Shown here one piece after another: positions 23,061-33,866 of a stretch of DNA of 64,000 bases. The translations under genes were made by a program, and so were the position numbers. How positions within the stretch are numbered: the first letter of the stretch is position 1; each line of letters opens with the position of its first letter. Location of the stretch: contig OZ252244.1 in the NCBI GenBank assembly GCA_965249575.1, forward strand, positions 416,001 through 480,000, in the 5' to 3' direction. The stretch comes from Gemmatimonadales bacterium (GTDB taxonomy: Bacteria; Gemmatimonadota; Gemmatimonadetes; Gemmatimonadales; GWC2-71-9). The notes below the pieces were generated by a model. The model made no database searches. It was not told the origin of the DNA and saw nothing but the letters and a program-made list of their open reading frames with translations.

Positions 23061-23497
23061 GTCTCCCTCTCGATTTTCTCGACTCGCCTCGTGTGGCGAC
23101 CGCCTTCGAACGGGGCGTCCAACCACCGCCTGAGAATCTCTACCCCAAAGTCGGCCTCGATGAACCGCGCCGGGAGTATCAGCACGTTCGCGTCGTTGTG
23201 CCGCCGCGCCAGCTCCGCGATCTCCGGCTATCAAGCGAGTGCCGCCCTCACACCCGGAAACCGATTGGCGGTGTAAGACATCCCGAGCCCGGTTCCGCAC
23301 ATCAGGATGCCGCGGCGCGCCGCACCGGAGCTCACCTCGTGGGCTACCGGTTTCGCGTAATCCGAGAAGTCCGTCGACTCATCCGAATGCGTGCCGAGAT
23401 CGTCCGGCTGAAAGCCGAGCTTTTCCAGCTCGACCTTGATTCGCTCCTTCAGTCGGTAGCCCGCATGGTCCGACCCGATCGGAATACGTTCGCCCAT
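23057..23497 (-). pseudogene. rpiB: Ribose-5-phosphate isomerase B interrupted by in-frame TGA-TAG at 23233-23228
   Basis: [41 protein letters not shown]...FEGGRH.RRV.KI, all in one frame. Confidence 0.9.
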
Positions 23498-23712
23498 GGC
23501 TCGCCTTCGGTCACGCCGCCGCCGCCCACGTCGCGCGGACGGCTCGGCTCGCCGCGTAAGTTTATTGCGGACTTGGGATTCGCGCCACCACATGTATGCT
23601 TTTTCGGGCGGGAGCGACTGCCCACCGCGCGCGGCACTGCCTGATTCAATTGCGCCTCCTACGACATTCCGGTAGTGTTTTCGGTCATCTCGGTCTCGGG
23701 CAGGGGGTTTCC

Positions 23713-24852
23713 ATGGCGGGTTTCGAGGGCATCAAGTGGGCTCCGCAGCAGATGCGGTATCTGCTGCAGGACAAGTCGTTCGAGCTGACCGACCCGGCTG
23801 CGAAGGCCTCCGCGGTTTCCCGTTCCACTCATTACGGGATGTTTCTGGCGTTCGAGGGCATCCGTTTTTTCATGAAGAAGAACAGCCAGCGACAGCTCGA
23901 GGTCGTCTTTCTGAACGTGCGGAAGAACTTCGAGCGGTTTCGGCGCAGCATGTCCTACAACCTGGGGCGGAGCCAGCAAGGACTCCTTCCAACGGTCGAG
24001 GAGCTGACCGATATCTTCGTCAACCGCTTTTTCAGTGCGCCCGAGATGCGTGAGTTCCTGGAAGAGAGCGCAGACCTCGGCGCCCAGGGGTACCTGCGCC
24101 CGTTCACGCTGGATGAAGAACAGTCGATCGGGGTCACCTTCCCGGGCCAGCCTTCCATTCGAGCCGTCGTGAGCCGCTACGATCGGTATCTCGGCGAGCC
24201 GTTCTCGGGCGTGGCCGTCCCCAACCTCGTTCGTGCCGTCGCCGCCAACGGCACCGGGTGCCTCAAACTGGGCGTCAACTACCTGATGAGCGTAAAGGCC
24301 ATCGACTACGCCAAGTCCATCGTGCCGGACGCGGCCTCGGCGCTGTTCCTAGACGACCAGACGCACATAATGCTCGAGAATCGGCACGTCACCGAGTGGG
24401 ACTCTTCGTGCTGTCTCTTCGCCCTGCGCGACGGCACCGTCATCAAGATCCCCGAAGGCAAGCTGCTCCTCCCATCGATCACGATCTACGGGATCGTGTG
24501 CATTCTCCGACAGATGGGTGTCGAGGTCGTGGAGCGGGAGCTGACCTACGGTGAGCTAGTCGAAAAAGCGAAGGCCAACGAGATCGTCACGGTGTGCAGC
24601 GTCGGCACCGCGGGCATCCTGAGCCGCTGCCAGCAGGTCCTGCTGATCGACGAGAAGGGCAACACGCTCGCGACGCAGACGGCCATACCCGATCACGAGC
24701 TGTACGCCAAGCTCGGCGAGGCGCGGGATTACTACTGGGACATTTACCAGGAAAAGGTCTCGGTTCCCGAAGGCATGGAGCTCAACAAGTACCCGATCGG
24801 CGCGCACGAGCTTGCCCGTACCGCCACCCCCCAGAAGAGCGCGACCAGGTGA
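23713..24852 (+). CDS. Class IV PLP aminotransferase, branched-chain amino acid aminotransferase-like (divergent)
   Basis: HYG..AFEG, YLRPF, GCLKLGVNY (PLP lysine), LLPSIT, GTA. Confidence 0.8.
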   Translation: MAGFEGIKWAPQQMRYLLQDKSFELTDPAAKASAVSRSTHYGMFLAFEGIRFFMKKNSQRQLEVVFLNVRKNFERFRRSMSYNLGRSQQGLLPTVEELTDIFVNRFFSAPEMREFLEESADLGAQGYLRPFTLDEEQSIGVTFPGQPSIRAVVSRYDRYLGEPFSGVAVPNLVRAVAANGTGCLKLGVNYLMSVKAIDYAKSIVPDAASALFLDDQTHIMLENRHVTEWDSSCCLFALRDGTVIKIPEGKLLLPSITIYGIVCILRQMGVEVVERELTYGELVEKAKANEIVTVCSVGTAGILSRCQQVLLIDEKGNTLATQTAIPDHELYAKLGEARDYYWDIYQEKVSVPEGMELNKYPIGAHELARTATPQKSATR

Positions 24853-24958
24853 GCGCGGCAACCGACCTCGCCCGCATCCCGCCGGCTCAGTTCTGCAGTT
24901 ACCTAAAGAACAAAGGCCTCCCCGCGGCCCGGCGATCATCGGGGATTGCTAGAGACGG

Positions 24959-25048
24959 ATGGTGGTGAGTGGTGAGTAGGGATTGGTGGTTAGGGGTTAG
25001 GGGCCAGAAACTACGGCTAGAGACCTGAAACCTGACCCCCGACACCTC
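24959..25048. repeat. Degenerate heptamer arrays (G-rich, then C-rich)
   Basis: TGAGTGG TGAGTAG GGATTGG TGGTTAG GGGTTAG GGGCCAG ... AGACCTG AAACCTG ACCCCCG ACACCTC. Confidence 0.7.
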
Positions 25049-25049
25049 G

Positions 25050-25517
25050 CTAACGCCTCTTAAACCGATCGCCAACTGCCAACCACACACACCCCACCCC
25101 CAACGCCAAGCTGAGCGGCGAGTACAGCCAGGTGTCCCAGATCGCGAATTGCGAATCTGAGATCGACTTGAAGAATCCGAGTACCCGAAACTCACCGATC
25201 GCCCGAAGCACAAACACGAGCCCGAGCGCCGCGCACGAAAACCTTACCAGGCGCGGTGTGATGTTGGCGAAGATGAGACGGCCACGTGCAAGAACGATCA
25301 AGGCAGCTAGGGCAAGGGCCACCGCGACTGTCAAGGAACCGAATGCAGAGGGCCTGGGCTGCGGCCTCCCAGGCATAGCCGGCATAACCGCTGTTGGGGC
25401 ATCGCCAACTGCCCAAGCAATGTGGAATGCGCTCAGCACCGCAAACACGACCGCCAGGGCGATCGATACCACTCTCACCCGATGGGCGGCTAGTGTCTCG
25501 GTTTGGCTATCTCGCAC
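25050..25517 (-). CDS. DUF3995 family membrane protein
   Basis: HIAWAVG, LRAIGEFRVLGFFK..DSQFAIWDTWLYSPL. Confidence 0.8.
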   Translation of the reverse strand: MRDSQTETLAAHRVRVVSIALAVVFAVLSAFHIAWAVGDAPTAVMPAMPGRPQPRPSAFGSLTVAVALALAALIVLARGRLIFANITPRLVRFSCAALGLVFVLRAIGEFRVLGFFKSISDSQFAIWDTWLYSPLSLALGVGCVWLAVGDRFKRR

Positions 25518-25527
25518 CGGAACCTAT

Positions 25528-25623
25528 CCCCTTACTCCCTGATCCCTAACCCCTAACTCCTGGCACCTGGCACCTGGCACTTGGCACTTGGCACCTGGCA
25601 CGTGGCACGTGGCACGTGGCACC
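25528..25623 (+). repeat. Heptamer tandem array, including 9 x TGGCACN
   Basis: ATCCCTA ACCCCTA, then TGGCAC(C/T/G) x9 at 25561-25623. Confidence 0.9.
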
Positions 25624-25630
25624 CCATTCC

Positions 25631-26617
25631 CTATCCCACTCTGGAGAAGAAGTACACCGCCAACCCATTCGGGTCGCTCACAATGAAGCTGCGATGCCCC
25701 CACGTTTGCGTTTTCAGCCCTTCCTTCACAGGGACATTTCGGGCGAGCACACGCCCGTACAACTCGTCCACTTGCTCGACCTCAATGACTATCCAGATGC
25801 CTTGCGGGGGTCTGGAATCCCAGGCAGTATCGCTTCCCTTCTGCTGAGGAGTCGCAATCACCTCGACGATCCCGGAGGCGGCGCGGAAGAGCGTGCCTCG
25901 GTCGTCTCGGCCACGATCCCAGCTCTCCGCGACGGGGAGCTCGAGCGAGTCGCCATAAAATGCTGTCGTCGCTTCGTAATCCTGTGCGAAGAAGGCACAC
26001 CGGAACTCGCCGTTTGTCATCCCCATCTCCTTACGAGTCGTCTCGAGTGTGAAATACCCGCGAGGCCCGGGATGGGGACCTGCCAACGGCGATTCCGGGC
26101 CCGTATCACCGTCGATCGTCCTTCGCTTGACCGAGCTAGCAGTCAGGCGATAGCGGATAAAACGCTCACCATCAACGATGCCCTCCCCGTCCCGGCGAAA
26201 GCCCAATCGCAAAATCCCGGCCACGCGCGTCCGAGTTGGAGGGAGGAGCATGATGACCGAATCGACGCCGAGCTCCTCGAAGGCATGGTCGACGATGCGT
26301 GGGTAGAGGGCTCTCGCCGCCCCCCAGCAGCTCGGATCAAGCACCATCCCAACGTCTGCGTCGTCACCCTCCGGCTGCAATCCACCCCAGCCGATGAACT
26401 CCTCGTTAAGAAAGAACGCCCAGGGCCCGTAACCGTTCTCTTTCCACATTCGCTCCTTTGCCGCCATGAATTTTTCGCACTCGGCCGGACCGAAGTGGCC
26501 TCGTGCCAGGGGAAGGTGACGGCGTACCCGGGGGTCGTTCATGAGCCGCATGACCGCCTCGGGATCGACTTCAGTGAGACGTTTGAAGACGATCATTTGG
26601 TAGTCGCGCCCTATCAT
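25631..26617 (-). CDS. GNAT acetyltransferase in frame with a VOC/glyoxalase domain
   Basis: RimJ-like N-half (GYGPWAF..FIGWGGL); C-half VDELY..WGHRSFIVSDPNG; internal RBS AAGGAG before the ATG at 26020. Confidence 0.8.
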   Translation of the reverse strand: MIGRDYQMIVFKRLTEVDPEAVMRLMNDPRVRRHLPLARGHFGPAECEKFMAAKERMWKENGYGPWAFFLNEEFIGWGGLQPEGDDADVGMVLDPSCWGAARALYPRIVDHAFEELGVDSVIMLLPPTRTRVAGILRLGFRRDGEGIVDGERFIRYRLTASSVKRRTIDGDTGPESPLAGPHPGPRGYFTLETTRKEMGMTNGEFRCAFFAQDYEATTAFYGDSLELPVAESWDRGRDDRGTLFRAASGIVEVIATPQQKGSDTAWDSRPPQGIWIVIEVEQVDELYGRVLARNVPVKEGLKTQTWGHRSFIVSDPNGLAVYFFSRVG

Positions 26618-26654
26618 GCTCTGACCCGGCGATCGACGTTCGCCTCAATTCCGC

Positions 26655-27506
26655 TCAACGGGTCCTTCGAAAGACTTGCTTCACCCTTCGCTCGCCCAGG
26701 GTGTCACTCACCGTGCGATCGAGTACCAACGTCTGCCGGTTGTCCATCATCTGGATGCGGTCTACCGCAGTGAACTCACCGCCTCGAGTGACCGCGCTGG
26801 TTCTCATGACCAACACGGCCCACTCCCACATGGCGGTGCTGCGGCGAACTTCGCCGGGCAACTCGTTGACACACTCCTGGCCGTCAGTGGTGCAGCTGAA
26901 GGAGAACTGGCGCGGCCCCTGGTCGTCCTCCACGGCAACTGTTACCGCGATTTCCGGATCCTGGTGGTCGACCGTCCAGGTCCAGACTATGTCCCGCGCG
27001 GGCGCCCCCCCGATCATTCGGCTCTCACCGGGATCGAGCCTCCAAACACCGGTCAGGACTGGGGGCGGCGGCGGTCGGTTCGAGTTGTCCATGTCGGAAA
27101 AGATGAACCATCGCCCACAAGGCCCTTTCTGGAGCGTGAGCGTGAACTTCCCGGCATCGGGATCGCTGTGCTTCTCGGCGTAGCCGCCGATTATGTAGGC
27201 GACCGAGCGGCTGATCTCGTACGCGATTGCGCGAAGAGCGAGCGGCCCACGACCTCCGCCATAGTAATCAGCGATTGCAGCGCGACCGCGGATTGGGGGG
27301 CGACCGCCCGAGAGCACAAACCCATCCTCCGCGAAGAGCGCGGCCAGCTCCGCCCCTCCGGCGCGATAGGCACTTTCGTAGTCGGTGAGAACCCGGGCGA
27401 GCTCGGCGGGAAGCTCCACACTGGGAGAGAGCGACACCGCACCCTGTTGTGCAGTGGCGGAGAAAGCGAGAAATGTGAGAAAGCTTGTGGCGATCAACGT
27501 GGGCAT
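26655..27506 (-). CDS. Secreted NTF2/DUF4440-like protein with a second beta-barrel domain
   Basis: Signal peptide; LAALFAEDG..PPIRGRAAI; poly-Pro linker; LTGVWRLDP.ES domain start. Confidence 0.7.
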   Translation of the reverse strand: MPTLIATSFLTFLAFSATAQQGAVSLSPSVELPAELARVLTDYESAYRAGGAELAALFAEDGFVLSGGRPPIRGRAAIADYYGGGRGPLALRAIAYEISRSVAYIIGGYAEKHSDPDAGKFTLTLQKGPCGRWFIFSDMDNSNRPPPPPVLTGVWRLDPGESRMIGGAPARDIVWTWTVDHQDPEIAVTVAVEDDQGPRQFSFSCTTDGQECVNELPGEVRRSTAMWEWAVLVMRTSAVTRGGEFTAVDRIQMMDNRQTLVLDRTVSDTLGERRVKQVFRRTR

Positions 27507-27577
27507 GCCGTCCCCTCCGTCGCCGGCCGGCTCGGGTACTCAGCTCGGGACCTTTCGCCCGTCGCCCCGCACCAATC

Positions 27578-28744
27578 TCAGTGCGCGTACAGCCCGCGCG
27601 CGATGACCATGCGCTGGATCTCGCTCGTCCCCTCGTAGATCTGGATCACCTTCGCATCGCGGAACAGACGCTCGACCGGATAGTCCCGCATGTACCCGTA
27701 CCCACCAAAAATCTGTACCGCCTCCGTCGTCACCCACATGGCGCACTCCGACGCGAAGAGCTTTGCCATGCTGGCGATCGTCGTCGCCTTCTCGCCGCGG
27801 TCAGCCGTGTGGGCGGCCTCGTGCAGCAACGAGCGGGAGGCCGCGACGTGGGTGGCCATGTCGGCGAGCTTGAACTGGATGGCCTGAAAATCCTTGAGCG
27901 GGGTCTCGAACTGCTTGCGCTCGGCGGCGTACGTGAGGGAATGCTCCAACGCCGCTCGCGCGATGCCGAGTGCCTGAGCCGCCGCGCCCATTCGGCCGCG
28001 GTCGAGACCCTCGAGCGCGTAGATGAATCCGCTTCCCACGTCGCCCAAGAGGTGTTCCGGCCCGAGCCGGACGTCGTTCAGCGCGAGCGTGGTCGTATGA
28101 GACGCCCGAAGCCCCATATTGTCTTCCGGCTTCCCCGGCTCCACGCCTGGTGTGTCGGCCGGAAGGATGAACGTCGAGATGCCGTGGGCGCCCTTGGGAT
28201 CGTCGGGCGAATCCGTCCGCGCCATCAGGAGAATCACGTCGGCCGTGTCCCCGTTCGTCACCCACGCCTTGGTCCCTTCCAGTACCCAGCTCTCCCCATC
28301 GAGCCGCGCTCGGGCCTTGAGCGAGGCGGCGTCCGACCCACTGTCGGCCTCCGACAGTGAGAACGCCGCGAGGAGTTCGCCGGTCGCCATGGGCTTGAGC
28401 CAGCGGTCCTTCTGCTCGGGGGTCCCGTGCTGGAGCAACATCCCGGAGGCGATCGAGTTGTGAATGCTCAGCGAGATCGCGACGCCCGCGTCGGCGGTCG
28501 CGATTTCCTCGACCACCATCAGGTACGTGAGCGTGTCCAGACCGAGGCCGTCGTAGTCCTCCGGAATGAGCATCCCATAGAATCCGAGCTCGGCAAGCTT
28601 TCGCATCGTTTCTGCAGGGTACTCGGCCTTGCGATCCCACTCGGCCGCGTAGGGTGCGATCTCGCTCTGCGCGAAATCGCGTGCCAGCGCCACGATCTCA
28701 CGACGCTGCTCCTCGGTGTGATTCTCCAGCTCAACGGTTGTCAT
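27578..28744 (-). CDS. Acyl-CoA dehydrogenase
   Basis: [39 protein letters not shown]. Confidence 0.95.
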   Translation of the reverse strand: MTTVELENHTEEQRREIVALARDFAQSEIAPYAAEWDRKAEYPAETMRKLAELGFYGMLIPEDYDGLGLDTLTYLMVVEEIATADAGVAISLSIHNSIASGMLLQHGTPEQKDRWLKPMATGELLAAFSLSEADSGSDAASLKARARLDGESWVLEGTKAWVTNGDTADVILLMARTDSPDDPKGAHGISTFILPADTPGVEPGKPEDNMGLRASHTTTLALNDVRLGPEHLLGDVGSGFIYALEGLDRGRMGAAAQALGIARAALEHSLTYAAERKQFETPLKDFQAIQFKLADMATHVAASRSLLHEAAHTADRGEKATTIASMAKLFASECAMWVTTEAVQIFGGYGYMRDYPVERLFRDAKVIQIYEGTSEIQRMVIARGLYAH

Positions 28745-28873
28745 AGAATCCGCGCCCGCGTTTTCGACCGAGCTGCCCCGCGGCTACCACCCTTCCGGAG
28801 CAAAGGATCATGGACGGTATTTGTCGTCTCCCAACCCGTCACGCAACACCCCGAGGATCGAAGGAGGACCGTT

Positions 28874-29701
28874 TCAAGTCGTCCCCTCTCGAGCGCGATC
28901 GGGCATTGCCCGGCGCCGAAGCACGCTCCGGGCCAGGAGGATCGTGACGCCGGCCATCACGAGGGTGCTGGCCACGCCGCCCTCCGGCCCGAAATCTCCG
29001 CCCGTAAGCCACGCCGCGGTGCCGGCGCCGTACTCGAGAGCGGGAAGCTCGAAGCCAACGCCGCTCACGGGCGCATCCGCCCCGACCCCCAGTCCCCAGT
29101 TCCAGCCGAGGTGCAATCCCCAGGCCGCCGGGAGACCACCGGGAGTGAAGAACGCGGCACTCAGGACCAGCGAGGCGAGCGCGATGTTTGCGAGCCCGAG
29201 CCCGGTGACCTCGGGATTGGCAAGATGTGCCAGCGCAAACAACAGCGCCAGGCCGGCACTAGCCGGCACCGGGCCGACGACCTCGGCCAGCCTGGCCAGC
29301 GGGAACCCGCGGAACAGGAGCTCCTCCGCCAGCGCGGCGACCGCGAGCCCCGCTGTTACGCCCAGGGCCGCGAACGCGTAGGCCGACACTGGTTCGCCGG
29401 TGATCCCGACGCGGGCACCGCCGAACGCGACGCCCACGAACAGCACCGCCGCGGCCATGCCGAGACCGATCGCGCTTCCCCACCCGAACCACACCGTCGA
29501 GCGCCGCACCCCGGGCCATCCCATCCAGGCCCCCGTGCGCCACTTCGCAAGCACCCAGATGCCGTTCGCAATCGCGGCTGCCGCCGCGAGTTGTGCCAGC
29601 TGAGGCACGAAAGGAGGCGCCCACTCGCTCCCCAGGCCCTCCGGCCACAACAACCCCAGCACTGCCCACAGCACGGCCACGACACCGTAGTACCCAAACA
29701 C
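28874..29701 (-). CDS. CPBP/Abi family intramembrane metalloprotease (start may extend to about 29761)
   Basis: EELLFRG, FALAH, HLGWN, GGDFGPEG. Confidence 0.85.
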   Translation of the reverse strand: MFGYYGVVAVLWAVLGLLWPEGLGSEWAPPFVPQLAQLAAAAAIANGIWVLAKWRTGAWMGWPGVRRSTVWFGWGSAIGLGMAAAVLFVGVAFGGARVGITGEPVSAYAFAALGVTAGLAVAALAEELLFRGFPLARLAEVVGPVPASAGLALLFALAHLANPEVTGLGLANIALASLVLSAAFFTPGGLPAAWGLHLGWNWGLGVGADAPVSGVGFELPALEYGAGTAAWLTGGDFGPEGGVASTLVMAGVTILLARSVLRRRAMPDRAREGTT

Positions 29702-29757
29702 CGCGAGGACCGCGTGCCCGGTCGCAAGCGCCCGCTCGGGAAAGAACCCGCGGTCCG

Positions 29758-30324
29758 TCAGAGAAGGTCGCGAACCGCGCCGCCAAGTCGGCGGATGATC
29801 ACGGATGCCAGCAGAACCTTGACGGCGTCGCCCGCCAAGAACGGGAGGGATCCCAATCGGAGGGCCGCCCCGACGTCCCCGCCCAGCGCCGCGAGGTGCG
29901 CCACCCCACCCAAGTGAATGATGATCACGCCAATCAACGCGCCCCCGACGACGTTGGCCCAGCTTTGACGGGCCGCGATCTGTCCGACCGCGACCGCAGC
30001 CACCGGGAACGCGAGCAGGTAGCCGCCCGTGGGGCCGAGGAGGCGAGCGAGCCCCGGCAATCCAACAGGCGCGAACACCGGTATCCCAGCCGCTCCGATG
30101 GCCAGATAGGTCACCAGGCTCGCCGCCGCCAGCCGAGGCCCCAAGAGTCCACCGACGACCAGTACCGCCGGCACCTGGAACGTCAACGGGACCGGTGTGC
30201 CCGGAAGGGGCACCGCGGCCTGCGCGCCCAGTGCCACCAGGAGCACGCCGGCGCCCACCGCCGCCACGCGGCGCCAGACCCCGAGGGAGATCGCGCGTGT
30301 AGAGACGGTGCGAGCGTTATGCAC
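29758..30324 (-). CDS. bioY: Biotin transporter BioY
   Basis: [30 protein letters not shown]. Confidence 0.92.
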   Translation of the reverse strand: MHNARTVSTRAISLGVWRRVAAVGAGVLLVALGAQAAVPLPGTPVPLTFQVPAVLVVGGLLGPRLAAASLVTYLAIGAAGIPVFAPVGLPGLARLLGPTGGYLLAFPVAAVAVGQIAARQSWANVVGGALIGVIIIHLGGVAHLAALGGDVGAALRLGSLPFLAGDAVKVLLASVIIRRLGGAVRDLL

Positions 30325-30486
30325 TGATCCGAATCCTCGGTGCGCGGTGACGAGCGTGTTGCGCCCTGCGCCGGCGAGTCCCGAAGCGCGCGTCGGTGGG
30401 GCCTGTCCCGTGACCGATCGGCCACCCACAAGCGAACCGCAGGGCGCGGTGGGACACGCCGGCTGGGGCGCTCCGCGCGCAGTGAA

Positions 30487-31677
30487 TCACGCCCGCTCGA
30501 CGCTCAGGGCCACGGCGTTTCCGCCCCCGAGGCACAGCGTCGCGAGTCCCGTAGCGGCGTCCCGGTCTTTCATCGCATACAGGAGCGTCGTCAGGACGCG
30601 CGCGCCGCTCGCGCCGATGGGGTGGCCGAGTGCCACGGCGCCGCCGTTCACGTTGACGCGATCCCAATCGAATCCGAGTGCCCGCCCGTCGGCGAGCGTC
30701 TGGACGGCAAACGCCTCGTTCACCTCGATGAGATCGTAATCGCTGACTTTCGACTTGGCTTTCGCCATGAGGTTCTCGACCGCAACGATCGGCGCAAAGA
30801 ACAAGTCCTTGGGCTCGCCCCCACCGGTCGCGTAGGCAGTCACCCGCCCCAGCACCTCGAGACCGTGTGCCGCCGCGAAGGCCTCGGACGTGACGACGAG
30901 GGCGCTCGCCCCATCGTTCAGCCCCGGGGCGTTACCTGCCGTAACGGTCCCATTTTTCTCGAACGCGGGCTTTAGCGCCGCAAGCGCCTCGGCGGAGGTG
31001 CCCTTACGCGGGCTCTCGTCCTTGTCGATCACCGCCGAGCCCTTCCGCCCACGCACCTCGACCGGCACGATCTCGGCTGAGAACCGGCAGCTCTCGATGG
31101 CATCCACCGCCTTGCGATGGCTCTCGAGCGCGAACTGATCCTGCTCTTCCCGCGTGACCTTCGCCTTCTGGGCTGTGTACTCGGCATGCACGCCCATGTG
31201 GCAGTCGCCGAAAGAGCACCAGAGACCGTCGTGGATCACGCCGTCGAGTATCTGTTGGTGGCCGAACTTCACGCCCTTGCGAAGACCGTACTGATAGTGG
31301 GGCGCCGTGGACATGGATTCCATGCCGCCTGCCAGGATGCACTGCGCATCCCCCGCCTTGATGGCCTGGGCGGCAAGCATCACGGCCTTCAGGCCGGAGC
31401 CGCACACCTTGTTGATCGTCATCGCTGGCACGGTGCCCGGAACCCTGCCGAGGATGGCCGCCTGGCGGGCGGGGGCCTGGCCGGAGCCGCCCTGCACCAC
31501 GTTACCCAGAATGACCTCTTCGATGGCGGACGGCTCGATCCCGGCCCGCTCGACGGCCTCCCGCACGACGATGGCGCCCAGGTCCGGTGCCCTCAGCGAG
31601 CTCAGGCCGCCCAGGTATCGCCCGATCGGCGTCCGCGTAGCGCTCACGATGACAGCCGTTCGATCCTTCTCAGTCAT
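30487..31677 (-). CDS. Acetyl-CoA C-acetyltransferase (thiolase)
   Basis: [25 protein letters not shown]. Confidence 0.96.
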   Translation of the reverse strand: MTEKDRTAVIVSATRTPIGRYLGGLSSLRAPDLGAIVVREAVERAGIEPSAIEEVILGNVVQGGSGQAPARQAAILGRVPGTVPAMTINKVCGSGLKAVMLAAQAIKAGDAQCILAGGMESMSTAPHYQYGLRKGVKFGHQQILDGVIHDGLWCSFGDCHMGVHAEYTAQKAKVTREEQDQFALESHRKAVDAIESCRFSAEIVPVEVRGRKGSAVIDKDESPRKGTSAEALAALKPAFEKNGTVTAGNAPGLNDGASALVVTSEAFAAAHGLEVLGRVTAYATGGGEPKDLFFAPIVAVENLMAKAKSKVSDYDLIEVNEAFAVQTLADGRALGFDWDRVNVNGGAVALGHPIGASGARVLTTLLYAMKDRDAATGLATLCLGGGNAVALSVERA

Positions 31678-31770
31678 AGACAACATCCCTCAAATATCCT
31701 CGCATGATATAACGCCAATCCGCGCGCCCGAGTTCGTGCGCGGGCAGAATAGCCACCGGTGCCGACCGCC

Positions 31771-33729
31771 TCAACCCTCACCACCGAGGGAGCTGGCGCG
31801 CGTTTGAATCTCCCGCCGGACCCGTGCGAGGAACTCGTCTACTCCGACGATCTCCTGCTTCTTCTTGTTGGCGCCACGGACCCGAACCGCCACGGTACCC
31901 TGCTCGACCTCCCGTTTCCCCACAACGGCCATGTACGGGACCTTCATCAGCCCCCCGTCCCGAATCCGATAGTTCAGGGTGTCGCTCCGCCCATCCACCA
32001 TCGACCGCACGCCCGCAGCGCGGAATCGTTCGTGAATGCCGCGCGCGGCCTCGGCCTGGTCGTCGGTGATGGGAATGACCCGCAACTGCTCCGGCGAAAG
32101 CCACAGCGGGAACGCACCGGCGTAGTGCTCGATCATCATGCCGGCGAACCGCTCGATCGTGCCCAGAATGGCGCGGTGGATCATCACCGGTCGATGCGCC
32201 TTGTTGTCGGCCCCGATGTACTCGAGCTCGAACCGCTCGGGCAACTGATAGTCCAGCTGGATCGTCGTTCCCTGCCATTCGCGACCGATCGCGTCGGTCA
32301 TCTTGATGTCGATCTTCGGGCCGTAGAACGCTCCACCCCCGGCATCCAACCCATAGGTGAGGCCCCGGCGGTCGAGCGCCGCGGCCAACGCTTTTTCCGC
32401 CAACTCCCACGCGGCGTCCTCCCCCATCTTCTTTTCCGGCCTCGTCGCGAGATCGATCCGATACTGAAAGCCGAAGACCTGACCCAGCACGTAATCGGTC
32501 AGATCGAGCATCTGGAAGATCTCTTCCTCGATCTGGTCTTCACGCAGGAAGACGTGGGCGTCGTCCATGGTCAGTCCGCGGACCCGGAGCAGTCCGTGCA
32601 GCGTGCCGGAGAGCTCGTTCCGGTAGACGTTGGCTATCTCCGCGAGGCGGATCGGAAGATCGCGGTAGGAGCGCTGCCTCGACGCATAGATCAACGTGTG
32701 CATCGGGCAATTCATGGGTTTCAGCCGATACCGCACGTCGTCCGATTCGCCCTCGCCGGCAGCCGTCGCGGGGAACTGCACGTGCTCGTAGAGGGGAAGG
32801 TGCCCCGACCGGCGGAAGAGCTGCTCGCGGGTGACGTGTGGCGTGTATACCAAGTCGTAGCCCCGCTTCACCACCTCGCCTTCGATGAGCTGCCGCAACT
32901 CGTGCTGGATGGTCGCGCCCCTGGGATGCCACAGGATCAGCCCGGGGCCCACGTCCTCGTGGATGCTGAACAGGTCGAGCTGCTTCCCCAGTGTCCGGTG
33001 ATCCCGCCGCGCCGCCTCCTCGAGCCGCTGGGTGTAGGACTCGAGGTCGGCCTTTTTGAACCACGCGGTTCCGTAGATCCGCTGCAGCATCTGCCGCCGG
33101 GAATCACCGCGCCAGTACGCTCCCGCCGCGTGCAGGAGCTTGAAGTGCTTGATGCGCCCGGTGTGCGGGACGTGAGGCCCGCGGCACAAGTCGACGAACG
33201 GCCCGTTCGTATAGACTGAGATCGTCTCGTCGTCACCCAACTCGCTGAGACGCTCGAGCTTCAGCGGGTCGTCGCGGAACTGCTTTTCGGCTTCGACGCG
33301 GTCGACTTCCTCCCGCACAAACGAATCGTCCGCTTTGACGACCTCGCGCATGCGGGCTTCGATCCTCTCGAGGTCGTCGGGTGTGAACGGTCTTTCCACC
33401 TCGAAATCGTAGTAAAAGCCGTCATCGATGGGTGGCCCGAAACCGATGTTGGCATCGGGAAACAGCTGCCGCACGGCCGTGGCCAGAACGTGGGCGGAGG
33501 AGTGCCTGAGAACCGCGAGCGCGTCGGGATCGTCTTCCGTCAGGATCTCGAGCCGAGTGTCGATGGTAATTGGCCGGTCGAGATCCCACACGTCCCCGTT
33601 GACGCGGGCGGCCACCGCGGCCTTGGCGAGCCTGGCGCCGATGTCGGCGGCGACCTCCCCCGCAGGAGTTCCGGCGGCGACTTCGCGCACGCTTCCGTCG
33701 GGGAGGGTTATGCGTATCGTCTCTGCCAT
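31771..33729 (-). CDS. thrS: Threonine--tRNA ligase
   Basis: TGS domain, HSSAH, DLCRGPH, KPMNCP, FYGPKID, IHRAILG. Confidence 0.98.
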   Translation of the reverse strand: MAETIRITLPDGSVREVAAGTPAGEVAADIGARLAKAAVAARVNGDVWDLDRPITIDTRLEILTEDDPDALAVLRHSSAHVLATAVRQLFPDANIGFGPPIDDGFYYDFEVERPFTPDDLERIEARMREVVKADDSFVREEVDRVEAEKQFRDDPLKLERLSELGDDETISVYTNGPFVDLCRGPHVPHTGRIKHFKLLHAAGAYWRGDSRRQMLQRIYGTAWFKKADLESYTQRLEEAARRDHRTLGKQLDLFSIHEDVGPGLILWHPRGATIQHELRQLIEGEVVKRGYDLVYTPHVTREQLFRRSGHLPLYEHVQFPATAAGEGESDDVRYRLKPMNCPMHTLIYASRQRSYRDLPIRLAEIANVYRNELSGTLHGLLRVRGLTMDDAHVFLREDQIEEEIFQMLDLTDYVLGQVFGFQYRIDLATRPEKKMGEDAAWELAEKALAAALDRRGLTYGLDAGGGAFYGPKIDIKMTDAIGREWQGTTIQLDYQLPERFELEYIGADNKAHRPVMIHRAILGTIERFAGMMIEHYAGAFPLWLSPEQLRVIPITDDQAEAARGIHERFRAAGVRSMVDGRSDTLNYRIRDGGLMKVPYMAVVGKREVEQGTVAVRVRGANKKKQEIVGVDEFLARVRREIQTRASSLGGEG

Positions 33730-33823
33730 GCGCTGGTTTCGGTTGACGGCTATTCGGGTGCGTTGCGGGATGACCACCGCCGCGCGGGCGGCCGCGGCTA
33801 TACCGGCGGCGGCCGCAAGTCCT

Positions 33824-33829
33824 TATAAT
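33824..33829 (+). promoter_or_regulatory. Consensus -10 box upstream of the BON-valS operon
   Basis: TATAAT in the GC-rich divergent intergenic gap. Confidence 0.5.
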
Positions 33830-33866
33830 TCTAGCGCGTGCACTCTTTTCGTGCCATGGAGGACAC

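Noticed and set aside
23228..23233. Selenocysteine or alternative-code reading of the rpiB TGA (selA is nearby)
   Set aside because: The position corresponds to Trp rather than Cys, a TAG follows immediately, no convincing SECIS hairpin is visible, and TGA and TAG both terminate ordinary genes in this window (eno, plsC)
25561..25623. TGGCAC repeats as sigma54 promoters
   Set aside because: Period-7 tandem array lacking the -12 TTGC element
33730..33830. T-box or tRNA-mimic operator upstream of thrS/valS
   Set aside because: Intergenic region is too short; no T-box consensus or anticodon-like stem-loops recognised
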